Part shown: in pieces, positions 12,501 through 25,656 of the stretch
How positions within the stretch are numbered: position 1 is the stretch's first letter
Layout: each line of letters opens with the position of its first letter
NCBI GenBank assembly: GCA_964016885.1
Contig: OZ024742.1
Coordinates: 233,926,001-233,990,000, forward strand
DNA length: 64,000 nucleotides
From: Eledone cirrhosa
Lineage: Eukaryota
Direction of reading: 5' to 3'
Notes under the pieces: generated by a model
Told to the model about the DNA's origin: nothing
The model's database searches: none
Seen by the model: the letters and a program-made list of their open reading frames with translations, nothing else
Made by a program: the position numbers and the translations under genes

Positions 12501-15497
12501 CCAGGTTTGCAACCACTTCTCTAATTCAAGGGTTAGGTCATCTGCATACAGGAGTTCCCATGGCCAGCCAGTCTTAAAATCTTCCATTATAACCTACAAG
12601 ACTAATAAACAGGAAAGGGTTAAGAAATGAGCCCTGTTGAACACCTACCTGTATGCTAAATTCTTCACTATAGTCATTGTTAATTCTTACTTTGCTGACT
12701 GTTCCTCTATACATGGCTTGTACTGACCTCTCAAACCTAGTTTTCTCAGAGCCCACCAGATAATGGAATGAGGGACTCTGTCAAAAGCTTTTTTTGGGGT
12801 CCACAAAAGTGAAGTAGAGGGGTTTACTTTTAGCTAGGTGCTTCTCCTGCAGTTGCCTTACAAGGAAGAGAGCATCTGTTGTATTTTTACCTGGCACAAA
12901 TCCAAACTACATCTCATCTAGGATAACTTCATCTCTAATCAGCTGTGCTATAACTCTTTCTGTGACCTCCATATGATAAAAGTTAATTTAGCCAGTACAA
13001 CCTAGTCTTTAGGGAGATGGTTGAGTGGATTGAGTCTCTGGTAACCTGTATCGAGAGCTGGGTCTACTGTTATGATCCCATTCTTCAACAGCAAGGGCAT
13101 CATCTATATCCGCTGGGTCCCCCACAGCCAGACAGTCAACAAAGAATACTATGTAGAGGTTTTGAGACAGTTCAAAAAGAGATTTCATCACAAGAGACCA
13201 GAAATCTTCAGGTCTGGTCAGTGGCACCTGCACAAATCCAACCTGGTGACCAACTACTTGGCTGATACGGAGATCAAGACTGTCCCTCATCCTCTCTACA
13301 GTCCAGACTTAGCCCCATGTGACTTCTGGATGTTCCGAAGCTCAGATGTATCCGCTTTGAGGATGTGGAGGAGATGAAGGAGGCTGTGACACCTTCTCTT
13401 TCGAGAACTACAAGGGGGGCTTTCCAGAAGTGGCTGGAGTTGGAAGATTTTACTTTGAGGAAGACTAGAGTTTTGTGTTAGTCTGAGTTAAATATATGTC
13501 TCTCTGATAAAAGTCTCAAAACCTCTTGGATGTACCTTGTATCTCTATCTATTCTGCCCTGCCCCTCTCTCTATCTATCTCATTATATATATAATCTCAT
13601 CATTTTACATCCATTTCTCTTGCTGGCATGAGTTGGATGGGTCATCATGGTCAGATAACCATATCTTGCTCATACGTTCCTTATTTTCACATAGTTTTTG
13701 CAGCAGGATAACCTTTCTAAAGCCAACCACTTCATATAGTGTACTGGGGGAAATTTATCATAGCACCAGCACTAGAGCAGTTGTCAAGTTCTTGACAAAG
13801 CCAAAGGTCCTCTCTACCATATATCCACTTGGTTCTTCAATAAATGCACTACCTGGCATTTGAAGTGAAGTTCACCACCTGTTCATTAAATCATGTTATC
13901 ACAAAAAATATGCTAAATGAAACTATGTCAAAATTTTAAATAAATTTTTCTTATATTAAATTTTAATCTTGATATATATTCTAGTTCAAAGTTCCTGCTG
14001 CAACAAGTGCCTTGATAACAATGGATGGAATTGGTATAAACCCAGCTCAGACTGCTTGTGAGTAGTTGATATTGTAGTTTCTGAAGTATGATGCAAAAAA
14101 TATTCTATCTTAGAATTTATTGATATTAATAGAAAAATCTAAAATTTGTTAACCCTTTAGCATTTAAACCAGCCATATCCGGCCAGAATTCTCTCACCTC
14201 TTTCTTTTCAAACTGGCAGTAAACGGCTGCCCATACTTATGTTAAGGTATTGTTCTCAAAATAAATATCAAAATCTCGTAGATTCGATATTATGTGAGAT
14301 AATTATGTGAAATAAAGTGTTTACTGTGAAAATACAATAGTAAATATAGTGTAATGTAAATGCTAAAAGGTTAGGATCAGTGTTTGTTTCTTATGCAATA
14401 AACAATTTCTTTTTTATCTCCCTTGAATTATGTGTTCCTTTATGGCAATTTCTGGTTCATATGTCTTTCTTTCTAAATACAAACGACTGAAATGGGGTTC
14501 CTCTGAAGGTTCTTTGGAGCAACAGTACTCGATAGGGTGCAGATATCAGTGAGTCACTCCAAGTAGAGCTGCTACTTCTCTCCGAATTGAGAGATCACAG
14601 CTCTAATATTGACATGTGGTGAGAATGTCTCAGGAAAGAATCACTGGACAGATTTTATGGGCAAAACCAACCAGCAAGAGACCCTGAGCAAGATGGTTGG
14701 ATAACATCCATGAGCTTAGCTGGTCTCGCTTGAAGATCCAGCCGGATCAGTTGAAGATGGTTGCTTCTGACTGAACCTACTGGAAGGAGTGCTTGAAGAC
14801 TCTGTCTCCAGGAATAAGTAGATGTAGATGAAGAAATCTTTCTTTATGAATGCTGAAAATCTCTCACTCCCTTTAGAAGTAGTAAAGTTTCTTTTTAGAT
14901 TATCTAGATTTCCATTAAGTAAACACTATAGATTTCTTACCTTGAATCTTCTTAAACTCATTAGTACTTAGTTTTGTTAGAAAATTAACCATTCATTTAA
15001 TTGAAATTTAATTGCCTTTTGCTCTTTCTGTATCTTATATCATCTATCTTACTGCATTTCATTGCCTTAACCCTTTAGCATTTAAACCGGCCATATCATC
15101 AATGTTATTCTATTACTGACGAAAACAGCCATGACCATCACATTTGAAATATATGAAACTTAGCTTGATATTTGTTTGATAACCATTTCTGAGCTTAATG
15201 TATTGATGAATGTTTATCACAGATCTGAACCCAGTAGCTAGAGATTATAATCTTAATTCAGTTAATACTCAGACTGCATACATGTTTCTTTTATGTTTGT
15301 AGATATAGAAAATATTTGTTAATGTTATATAAATTTAAGTATACAGATTGTTTGCTGGATGTTAGATTTTTGTTTAAGAATTAATATAGATTTTTGTAAT
15401 ATTTGTGTATTTTTTTTCTTTTTCAGCTAATGTATTCATTAAACATGGCACAGAACTGCGATTAATTCCACGTGACCGAGTAGGACTTCTACAATGA
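9592..15497 (+). CDS. UFM1: Ubiquitin-fold modifier 1, complete spliced CDS join(9592..9593,9700..9756,11195..11252,13985..14057,15427..15497), 86 aa
   Basis: Spliced translation [86 protein letters not shown] is colinear with metazoan UFM1 ([33 protein letters not shown]). All introns GT-AG; exon lengths sum to 261 nt. Confidence 0.97.
9700..9756 (+). CDS. UFM1: UFM1 coding exon 2 ([18 protein letters not shown])
   Basis: tttctag|G...AAAAT|gtaagc, 57 nt. Confidence 0.96.
10052..10153. repeat. Imperfect palindrome (about 46-bp arms) beside (TA)n in UFM1 intron 2
   Basis: ATTTAATATAGAATGGCTTCTACAGGACTAGAACTGTCTCGTTCGA...TCGAATGAAACAGTTCTAGTGCTGTAGAAGACATTTCTATATTAAAT. Confidence 0.85.
10520..10745 (+). 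mobile_element. tRNA-derived SINE, 5' part
   Basis: A-box TGGCTTAGT and B-box GAGTTCGACTCC, then the TTGAGCAAGACAC body. Confidence 0.7.
10748..11160. mobile_element. Inverted pair of SINE 3' halves (fold-back)
   Basis: 10751-10890 is the near-identical reverse complement of 11013-11152. Confidence 0.88.
11195..11252 (+). CDS. UFM1: UFM1 coding exon 3 ([19 protein letters not shown])
   Basis: ctctctccag|A...GAAGAA|gtaagt, 58 nt. Confidence 0.97.
11313..12970 (-). mobile_element. 5'-truncated, decayed RTE-clade LINE in UFM1 intron 3
   Basis: [26 protein letters not shown] finger and LGIRGIRC; 3' tail ends in (GAT)n. Confidence 0.9.
12990..13541 (+). mobile_element. Internally deleted mariner transposon remnant
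   Basis: [24 protein letters not shown] and [16 protein letters not shown]; 3' TIR-like AGTCTCAAAACCTCTTGGATGTACCTTG followed by TA. Confidence 0.88.
13985..14057 (+). CDS. UFM1: UFM1 coding exon 4 ([24 protein letters not shown])
   Basis: attctag|TTC...GCTT|gtgagt, 73 nt. Confidence 0.97.
14149..14374. mobile_element. piggyBac-like MITE in UFM1 intron 4
   Basis: TTAA-CCCTTTAGCATTTA...TAAATGCTAAAAGG-TTAG; a second left end occurs at about 15067. Confidence 0.65.
14465..14830 (+). mobile_element. RTE/Expander-type LINE 3' fragment (second family)
   Basis: Decayed TEMGFL...VELLLL.IERSQL...HVVRMSQER...[11 protein letters not shown]; similar copies at about 44130-44410 and 46810-46900. Confidence 0.65.
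15427..15497 (+). CDS. UFM1: UFM1 coding exon 5 ([23 protein letters not shown])
   Basis: tttttcag|CT...CAATGA, with a long polypyrimidine tract upstream. Confidence 0.97.
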
Positions 15498-15645
15498 CAT
15501 TGTATTTAAGAATTATCTTAATTATAATTATGCCTCATCTTTGCATCTAGCCAAGCCTAAATCATATATTACTGAAGACACCATTTTACATCGTGTTTAA
15601 ATTTTATTAAACATGTAACTCTCTTGTTAAAATATCAGTATATTC

Positions 15646-15651
15646 AATAAA
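15646..15651 (+). promoter_or_regulatory. Candidate UFM1 polyadenylation signal AATAAA
   Basis: First AATAAA, about 150 nt after the stop codon, followed by T-rich sequence. Confidence 0.55.
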
Positions 15652-16353
15652 AGAAACATTGAATAATCTGTATCATATGTTTTAAATTTCTTTGAATATT
15701 GATTATTACAAAAGAAAGTTTTCTTTTGTTTTACTTATTTTCCTTTATGTAGAATTACATTTAAATTGAAATTTTCTCAAAAGGTTCTTTAGAATTTGCA
15801 CATCTCTCACGTTTCCACAACTTATGTTGTAAGCCTATATATGTGCCAGCTTGCCAAAACATATGCGAAAAATGAACTGTTGTTATTGCTCTATATAAAA
15901 AATGTTCTCTCTTGATTTCACTTTTTTGTTTTTATTTCTTTAAATTCAGTTGTTTTTTTAGTTCTTTAGACCACTAGAAATTTAAATTACCGGGCAATTA
16001 TTTTTCAATTGGAGGTAGCCTATCTAACCATTTTAAGCAGCTTCAATTGTTAACTTACAAACTAAAACCTATAGTCTTACATATATTGAAAGATATCTAT
16101 TTATTACACAGTTAATTTTGATCAATTGACACCTCACTTGCAGTGGTTTCATATTCTAGTGCACTGTAAAGTGGTTGGTGATAGGAAAGACATCTAACTG
16201 TAGAAAACTTGCCAAACAAAGGGTTGAGAGGACTCCTCAGTTGTGTCAAGAATATGACAGTCTTCCTAGTGCCATGATCAAATGCATTTGGGAGAGTTTG
16301 AGAATATAAATAAACAAGATGTAGAAAATATCAAGAATTTGTGGTAATTCGTA

Positions 16354-16665
16354 ATCATCATCATCGTTTAACATCCATTTTCCATGCTAGCATGGGTTAT
16401 TCCATTCAAGGCAAGTTGGGTCAGGTGACCGTTTCTTACTCATAGAACTGTTTCTGGCTGCCCTTCCGGCAATCACATTTACAGTGTGTGCTAGGTGCTT
16501 TTTGTCGTGACACCTACACAACTACTTTACAGTGTGATTTGGATATATTTTGTTCAGTGTAAGGGTGGTGTGGACAGGAGTGGGTGAGTGAGGGTATAGT
16601 AGTTAAGAGGTGCCTACTAGATGTATGTTTGAGTCTGTGCATGGGAAGGCATGTCTTCTGTATTA
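16354..16665 (-). mobile_element. RTE 3' UTR/SINE-tail fragment
   Basis: Colinear with the 3' end of the LINE at 38980-39430. Confidence 0.75.
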
Positions 16666-19600
16666 TTAGTAATATAAATAACATTCTCATTATCCAGCTG
16701 GTGCTTAGGGCAGGGGATTGGCAGTATCGGTAGAATGTTGGACAACATGCTTTGCAGCATATAGTTATGACCCTTTGAGTTCTGAGTTCAAATGCTGCTA
16801 AGGTTAGCTTTGTCTTCCATCCTTACAGGATTGATAAAATAAAACGTCAGTAACGTACTAAAGTCAATTTAATCAACTTCTCACGCCTTCGAATTGCTGG
16901 CCTTGTGTCAAAAGTAGAAACAATTATTAAGCTGGTGCTTGGAATATAACTTAACATAGGTCCTTACAGAAAATTATAATGGAAGACTTCTTGATAAATA
17001 AAAACCTTTAAAACAATCATTTTTGTGTCATAGAACTAAAAAGGTATCAAATAGGTTAATTTAGTGATAAGGTAGTTCAATAGTTGGAATATTTGATTCT
17101 TCATTGTTAAAAGCAATGGAGGATCCATCATTCCTTCCATATCTAGATCAGCACCACTACTACATACATACTAGACTGTATTCAATATAGGCCATCTGAA
17201 TGATTGACTAAGATTTGTTCAACAAAGGGTAACAACCACTAATAGATTTCTTCACCTACTCTCTTCAATGCTACTACTATAATACTTTCTGGTCCTTTGA
17301 AATAGCAAGCTGTATAGTTTGACCACCTGATGCAGGTGTCTCCTCCATTCTTGTTGCATCTGAATAATTTATCCAATCCACCTGTCCCAGAACTACAACT
17401 CTTTAGAATTGGCTCCTTTCTTTAAAAACATTAACTTCCCTTGTTGAAAGAATTAGTGCCATCACTCTTCTGAGCAAATGTTTTCGTAAATGAAGTTCCA
17501 AATAGCAATCAAATGTTCACTGGCTTTAATGATGCATTACATAGAATATCTGCTATGTAATTTTTAACAATTTTGATGCTTTTTAACTTAATTTATGTTC
17601 TTAAATCATATACCAAACAATTTTCTGAAAGCTTACAGTATGACAGCCAACCCAATTTAAAACAATAAAACCATACTCACAGATATATTTAAAATAGTTT
17701 CAGTTATTTGATTTGCCTAGAATGGTATGCATACTAGAATCAGTTTTTTCTAATATATATACAAGAAACAGTTGTTTTCCCAATCTCTTACAAGTCATTG
17801 TCACAGACGAGAAAGGCAGCAAGTTGGCAGATGATGGAAAATCAAACTAAATGTTTTACAAATATCATTTGTCCCTCTATTTCCTGAGTTCAAATCCAGT
17901 CAGAATTTATTAACTTCCATAAGAATCTGAAATAATGATTTCTAATTCAAGTACATGCCAACAATTTGTGGGGAAGGGAAAGCCAGTTATATCAACCCCT
18001 GTACACTTTATCAACCTTGCAAGGATGAAAAGCAAAGTTGAACTCGAGACATAAAAGGCTGCAACTAAATACTGCAAAGAATTTTGTTTGATCTAATTAT
18101 TCTGCCCTCTTAAATATCTGAAATAATGCCTGTAATAAATTGGATTCAATTCAATTAAACTGTACCACACCTTGATAAAATGGAGGTCTAGAGCCAAGTT
18201 TAAAAGGAGTTATTCTCTAAAAGTAATCAGCATTAATGTTTTTTTATTTGTTTTTCTTTCCATAAAAACAAATACTGATTTCCTATGTTATTAAACAAAT
18301 ACAAAGCTGCAGTAGAGAAAAGATCAATAAAATTTTATGTCTGGAGGTAAACTTTTATTCAGTTGAAGGTAATGAAAGTATAAGAAATGAAAATGTTTAT
18401 AATCATCTTTTTATTAATTTTTTTAATTGTTGCTGTAAAAAAATTTTAGGCACATTTTCAGAAGGCAGTTGGCAGTTAAAGGCATTTTTAGAAAATTCTT
18501 TTTTTTTCCTCTCTTCTGATTGTTATTTTTAATTCTTGTTGGTATATAAATGAAATAGTCTGTCATGAGTTACATTCTCTTATGTCTATCTCTTCAATAC
18601 TTATTCTACTAGATTTATAAACAGAAATGAAATCTTTTCGTCATTCAATTTTGTATTTTGAACTTTATTTCAGCTAATCCTTAACCATGAAAAACTTAAT
18701 TTCTTTTTTAATATTAGAATTGAAATAACTTGAAAATAAGCTTTATTCATGAAATTAGAATATAAGGATTAAATTGATGCTGCAAAGGATGTGGCAAACC
18801 CAAAACTTAAGGGTTTAATGGAAAAACCTGCTTTAAACTGCTAAAAGTCATTAAAAAAAGGATGCTTAAATGCGAGCATATATGCACTTAATAATTGCCC
18901 TGTCAAAAAAATTTGAATATAGTTTTCAAAATGCCATATATTGCTAAAAGAAAATTAAGTAGGAAGAGTGATAAAAACGTATATTTTGTAGTTTAAATTA
19001 GCTGCTGACCATGCCATAAGGTTTGTTTTTAATTTTTTGAAACAATCTGTGTAAAGAATCCTAAGTATTTAAAATTTAAAGTTCCTGTGTATTTAGCAAT
19101 TAAATAATGATGATGATCAAACTGCTGCAAAAGGTAAATGTATAGAGTTTAATGGTGAGCCATATTTCTAATAAAGCAGTATTAAGAGTATATAATTGAA
19201 ATTTAAGTAATTATGGAACCATATATCATGGGTAGCTGAAGTGAACTAGATCAAGCCTCACTTGGTGATAGTAAGAGTATATAAAATTTTCAGAATTAAA
19301 TTTGGCAGTAAAAAATGTCAATGAAAGTAATAGAGATTATAATCAATCATGTGCAAGACTGGTGAGCAGTTTGTAGAAATTATGTAATTACTTGGTAAGT
19401 AGTTGAATTAAATCATTTATTCTTATCAAACAATTTTCTGTAGCAATCATTGTTTGTGTCCATGGCATTTCAATGGGCCTTAAAGTACTTGGTGTGCCCA
19501 TCTCCTCTCCAAACAACCAGTTCCTTATATTTAACCATTAAAATGTTTTTTTTAAATACTGAGTTGTAGCCAAATGTCTTATAAAAGTTATTAAATACAT

Positions 19601-22600
19601 GCATCAACAATGCTAAAAACTATAGTAACTACAAGCCAATAATAGAACATCTACATGGTTGCTTGATCTGCTGCAGATAGCAGCCAAACTTCCCTTAAAT
19701 CATACTCTACCATCTTTAAAAAATGGAAGGATGTGTTAATGAGCCCTAAATAGATTGAAGGAAAAAATAGATGATGGGATGGTCATGGCTGGAATGCTTT
19801 TGAGCATAAGTCTGAACAGGGTTAACAACAACTAATAAGACAATAGATATTTTTGATTCTGGAAAGATATTCTCTTTTTCCTTTTTTACAAGTTTAACAG
19901 AATTCAGGATTGAATATCTTGAAATAAAAATGACTTGATTCTTATTTCAGACTTAATAATGATAACTTTCCTCTGAAAATATTCAAGACTTTGGAGTTGG
20001 GATGAAAGTAAAAGAAAGTTGTGATAAATAGGATTAAAATTGAGCAAAAGACTTGGGAAATACTTTCAGAAATGTATTAATGTAATGTTATTGCCAAAAC
20101 CTAGTTATGCAATGTTTGGAGTAAAATTTTAAATTGACTATATATATGAACCTTTCATAGACAGTGAATGTGCCTATAAAACTTAATACATGTAATCATA
20201 AGATACAGTGGTAGATTATTTTTTAATAATAATTAGTTATTCAGAAGACCTAAATGGGTAAAATTTCAAAAAAACTTGTTACAATTATTATCAAGAGACA
20301 TTTCTGCAGAATTGCCAATTTGAGTGTTAAATGCAATAGAGTATTGTATAAGTGACAATGGCATAACTGAAAGACCACAGTGGGTGATGTGTATAATAGC
20401 TGAAATCTTAAATTTACCCTCTGTTTAAATAGAAAAGGAACTTCATTCTTTCAGTGGAAATATGTAAACTAGAAATTTAAAAACCAAAAATTTCAGCTTA
20501 GGAATAATCAATTTATGTACCACAGTGGAATGGAAAGCTTAAGGCCACCAAAAGAAGCAGCGATTTAAAAAGTTACTTATAAAATAAAATATATTTTATA
20601 TTATTACATATATCTATCTATTTGAGGATTAGTAACTAGTAATCTGATGAAAAACCAGAATTATGTAATGAAGACAACACTGAGGAAGTTATCAGGAATT
20701 ATTAATTGTAGTAGCATCATTAAAGAGTTGGGCTTTTTGTTTACTTGAGCTACATTTTTAGTATTAAGATCTATTAGTTCATTTAAAGCTGTTATGTAAT
20801 AGAAATTAGACATTGTCTGGGTTTTTTTTCTTTTTTTTTTTGTCAGAATATGACAGATGAGAGATGCCAACTGTCTCAAACAAATATAAAGCCAATATAG
20901 AGAAAATTAATTGCACAGATCCCTCCAACACACGAAAAATATAATGATGATGACGATGAAACATTGCATAGCTACTTCTCTGTTTACCAATATATGAAGA
21001 ATGCTTTCAAAATAATATACAGTTGTGTAAGATACTAAAGGATATATTATTTCGTATTTAAAAAATAATACTCTGAATCTCTGAAAAAGAAAACTTTTAG
21101 CTTCTTTTTTTTAATTTAAAGTAATCAAGGATTTCCTAATTGTTAGTGAAATTGTGTTCCATATTTTATTTCTGAAGGCTATTACTGACTTGTACTGAGA
21201 ATAGAATGAAGCACACTATAGATCAGTCAAATAAGGAGCTTATATATTATTTGTGATGTATGTATTCTCATTTGTTAGTAACCAGTATGAATGTTGTATT
21301 TCTATTAAAGGGAATGTGTGAGCATAATAGTTTTTTATTCTTCCAGTGTTGTTTGGAGGTTATGGAAGAAGAAGGAATTGCAATTGTCAATTTGGAAAAC
21401 CATGGTGGTGTTGGTGAGAACTTTAGTGTGATTAATAATGAAGAATTTCCTGATATTATTTTAATGTTATATTGAGCAGAATAAGAGCAACTTAGTTAAT
21501 TTGTTGATCTGTTAGGTGAAGGTTTACACAGGTGATTTCAATGAATTTGCTGTGATTTTCTGATTTACTGGACATTTAGTTTGAGGTAGCAATCAAATAT
21601 GCATAATGGCAAATTACAAAGGTATATATTACATTTAAAACATTCGTATCTTAGCATTTTTATTTTAAAATATTTTAAACATATTGATATACTTTTATCA
21701 ACTTTGCAATATTTCTGCTTAAACAAACCAGAAACCCATTGTCTCCAATGGAATATTTATAAAAATAAGCTCCAAAATATCAACGCTCAGCTGGCAACTT
21801 AGCATACTTGATCTGAAATTTTGTCAAAGTTAATATTTCATAAAAGCACAAAAATACATAAAACAGATGGTTTATTATTTTTTTTTTTTCCATATTTTTT
21901 TTTTTTGTTCTCTAAAAATGTTCATCATACTTTGTGGAAAGAGATACAAAAGATATTAAGCATGTTTCTGAGTTAAGTAAGGGCAGTGTAGCGGCAGAAA
22001 TGATATAGCTCTAAACTACTCCCCCCACCCTCAGCAAACAGTATGGTTTCCAGAGCTAGATATATGGTAGACATGCTCTCTAACCTGAAACAGTAGTGGC
22101 TACCTGCTCTTGAATAATTTGGCAAAAGTAATATTGTTACCTTTGACTTCAGCAGACCCTTCTACAATGTTTGGTATGAGCACATCTGTGAATTTTATTT
22201 ATTTATTATCTCTTACATCGAAAGTCTTCTGTCAAACTGCTCCACCATCTTTGTATTCCTCTCTACTTTCTATTCTACTCCATTTCTTCTGTCTTATTAT
22301 TTTATTTTTTCCCATACCATCAGTTCTAGTGTACCACAACATTTCGTTATATCTCCCTTGCTGTTACTTAACAAAAACACTAATACACTCCTATGCAGAT
22401 AAATATATTTATCATCCACATGTAATTTAGACAACTCTTATTATACTATCACTGCTTCTATAAAAAAAATATTTCGAAAACATCCTCTAATAAGGATATA
22501 ATAGCCTATTCTCCATCAATAATACGAAGATAGAATCACTACACAATCAAAGAAGCAGTCATGTAACATACACATTGCATAAACAACACTCTACTAAAGC

Positions 22601-23229
22601 CCTCAAAATTGCTACAAATACCAGACCTTATACTTACGGTTGATCGTTCATAATGATCGCACATCTGTAACATTTCCCAAAACTGCATCCTAAATGTTAA
22701 TCAGAAAATATTTCAACTTTGATCAGTTGTTGATTCTCTACTAAGCTCATATGTCTAGAACAGTGATCCTGCTACACACAGATAAACATACTCAAAAGGA
22801 CTATGGAGCTGATATAGTCTCACTCACCACTGACCCATAAAAATGCTATTTCTTCTCTCTGCTATATCTACCAAACTAAAAGAAATCATTGACCAAGACC
22901 ACCTCTACACAATCACATTTCCTGCACATACCTCTCCTTTTAACATCCCTACTGTGATTCATCCACAAGATCCCTCACCAAATACACTAATCCTTCTTTC
23001 CCAGCACTTTCCCAACCTTCTGGAAATATCTCTCTTTTTCATACAGAAGTTCAGATTCAACATTAACTGCATTGTTTTTTTTCTTCACCCCAAGTAAGGC
23101 AATAAAGCAACTAAAAGGAAAGGGATTACTGAGAAGGGAAAAGGACAAGACAGAAAGAACATTATTCAAGGAGAGAAATGATGATGATGATGATTGATGT
23201 TGCTTTTGAATTTTTGCAAATTGTAGTGG

Positions 23230-23620
23230 TCAGAAAAGCAAAAAGACAAGATGCATGAGGGAAGAAACTATCAAAATAGAATTTAAGATTGTATTTAGGA
23301 ACTTCAAATGTAAATGAATGAGACCTAGCTGCCAATTTGGTGGTCCATTAAACTCATGAAGACACAGCAACAAAGAGGAAAGCTCATCAAAATTCCCATG
23401 AAAATATTTATAAAAAAAGGCACAGAGAGGCAACATTTTGGTGGTGTGGTAGGTGATTGAAGCCGACATGATAAGTCATGACCAATAATGTTGACAATTC
23501 TTCTTTGGATCTTATCCAGACTCTCAAGGTGCATAGCAGAAGCACCAGGCCAGGTGGGGCAACAGTACTCAATACAAGGATCAATGGTAGATTTATAACG
23601 ATATAAGATATTGCAATTGA
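23230..23620 (-). mobile_element. Decayed Jockey-group LINE 3' fragment
   Basis: YKSTIDPCIEYCCPTW...LESLDKIQRRIVNIIG...HHQNVASLCL/FYKYFHG, with frameshifts. Confidence 0.7.
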
Positions 23621-24282
23621 ATTGAGAATTTTAAAGGTATATATTACATTTAAAACTGTTATCAATATACTTTTATTAACTTCAGCTTCTGTTAATTTAA
23701 TAAAAGAAAAATTAAAAAAAGCTACATTCTTCTACTTCAAATAGCATTATGACTCATGTTGCTTCCATCCTACCAGGTTTTGATAAAATAATTACCAGTC
23801 ATCTGCTGGGATCAATTCAATTGTGTAGTAATGTAAAATAATTATTTCAGGGTGTAAAAATAAAATTACAATTTTTTAATTCAAAGATATGTAACTCTCA
23901 ATGATTCAGTTCAGCTATACATAAATGTGGGCTATGTGGAGGTAGAGTTTAATACCGTAAGTAACAGGTCACTGTTTAAATGACATATTTCTTTAGCTTA
24001 AAATTCTGGGCTCAACTATCATTAGTTTAGATAAGAGCCATGTAAAACTAAATCAGTTACTTCCCTTGAAATACTATAAAATTATCGAAGTACTTATCTG
24101 TGATCCACTACCTTGTGGGACATTAATTTTTAATGTGCTAGGTCAGTACAAATAATTTAAAAGATGGAATACTTTTTAAAACAATAAAAATAAAATTTGA
24201 GGAAGCCTAATAAATCCTTATGTACACACACACACAGACGTACTGTGTGCCTGGTTGATATACTGTTAGCGATAGTTCTAGA

Positions 24283-24795
24283 GAATACCCAGAAAAACCT
24301 GGGACGACTTGATAAAATCCGACCTCACACACTTACACCTCTCCAAGACAATGTCACTGGACCGAGATCTTTGGCGCTACGTAGTAATACAGAAGACCTG
24401 CCTTGCCTAAGTACAAAGCGAAACCTACAGTCAGTAGGCACCTCTAAACCAAAATACACCCCCCGTCCCACTACCCCTACCGCCATCTACACCACTCCTT
24501 TCGATTGTAAAGCTATGTTGGCACCACAACATCCAGTCCTAAATAAATGAGGTCGTGTAGGTGTCACGACAAAAAAACACACAGTCCACGCTGTAATGTG
24601 GCCGTGTAGGTAACACGGTAAAAATCTCTCAGTCCACACTGTAAACTTGGTTGGTGTTAGGAAGGGCATCCAGCCGTAGAAAACTTGCCAGACAGTCCTG
24701 AGCAAGACAACCAATCTTGCCTCAAGTGGGACAATTCCCGTCCAGACCCATGCTACCGTGGAAGATGGACGTTAAACGATGATGATGATAATGAT
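24283..24795 (+). mobile_element. Heavily 5'-truncated RTE LINE (ORF2 end plus composite 3' tail)
   Basis: Highly similar to 38900-39430; ends GGACGTTAAAC(GAT)n. Confidence 0.88.
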
Positions 24796-24931
24796 GCTGA
24801 TCCACTGATAAGAGTCCAAAGGAAATGAAAGCAGTTTAGAAAACAACAGCCTGTCCATAACCAAAGCAGAATATTAGGAATGTATAAAAAGTAAGATGAT
24901 ATGGGGTTATGCAACAATTAGAGAGAAATAT

Positions 24932-25181
24932 TTAACCCTTTTGTTACCATATTTCTAATGAAAGACACTGTCTATGATTTTCAAATTAAGAATTTAGCGT
25001 GATTTAGTAATATAATGAAATCCTCATTGTTAAGCTGGTGTTTGGAACATAACTTATCAAAGGTTCTTGCATAAAATTATGTTGGAAAGGTTTTAGATAA
25101 ATATAAACACTTAAAAATAAACAGCTTTGTATCATAGAACCAGGGGTGTTTTTTAGGCAGTTTGGTATTTAAAAGGGTTAA
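24932..25181. mobile_element. piggyBac-like MITE with TTAA on both sides
   Basis: TTAA-CCCTTTTG...AAAAGGG-TTAA; related copies at about 16926-17060, 50494-50728 and 60520-60770. Confidence 0.75.
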
Positions 25182-25438
25182 TAAGGTCCACTGAAGTAAA
25201 ATGTTGATTTGCAAGAGATGATAATTACAGATGAGTTAAGAATGAACATCAAAGGGATTGACCAACCAATGTATGCAAGAGAAATGTCTACACTAATATG
25301 CAAATAAGTAGTGCATGATGGTGAAACTATAAATTGATGCTGGATGATAGCCACAGTTGGATAGGCTATGGAAGACTTAGAAAGCAGTAGCTGAATGAAA
25401 GGTGGTGTCTGAGAAAATTGGGGTCTCAGATCACTGCC

Positions 25439-25603
25439 CTACATCTTTCTAGATGTAGGGCAGTGATCTGGAGAGTAAGTGATTCTTCTGGAGAAGCCGC
25501 TGTTGCTTAGTGCTGAGTTGTAGTAGGGTACTGCCTTATCAAAGATGGCTTTGCTAGAAGAGAGTTTGGATACCCTCTTACTAATGTTATTAATAAGATT
25601 TTT
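25439..25603 (-). mobile_element. Penelope-like element ORF fragment (RT thumb/linker)
   Basis: KNLINNISKRVSKLSSSKAIFDKAVPYYNSALSNSGFSRRITY matches the PLE motif KNL..NI.KR.S.LSS...IF..A.P.Y..AL..SG....Y; it abuts a (TA)n tract. Confidence 0.75.
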
Positions 25604-25608
25604 TTAAA

Positions 25609-25656
<48 letters not shown>

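Noticed and set aside
20661-22960. Short ORFs between UFM1 and CORO7 as a third gene
   Set aside because: No consistent exon chain; the pieces look like very old LINE debris, such as endonuclease-like sequence near 21330-21590 and a C-terminal-like piece near 22500-22940, too decayed to call
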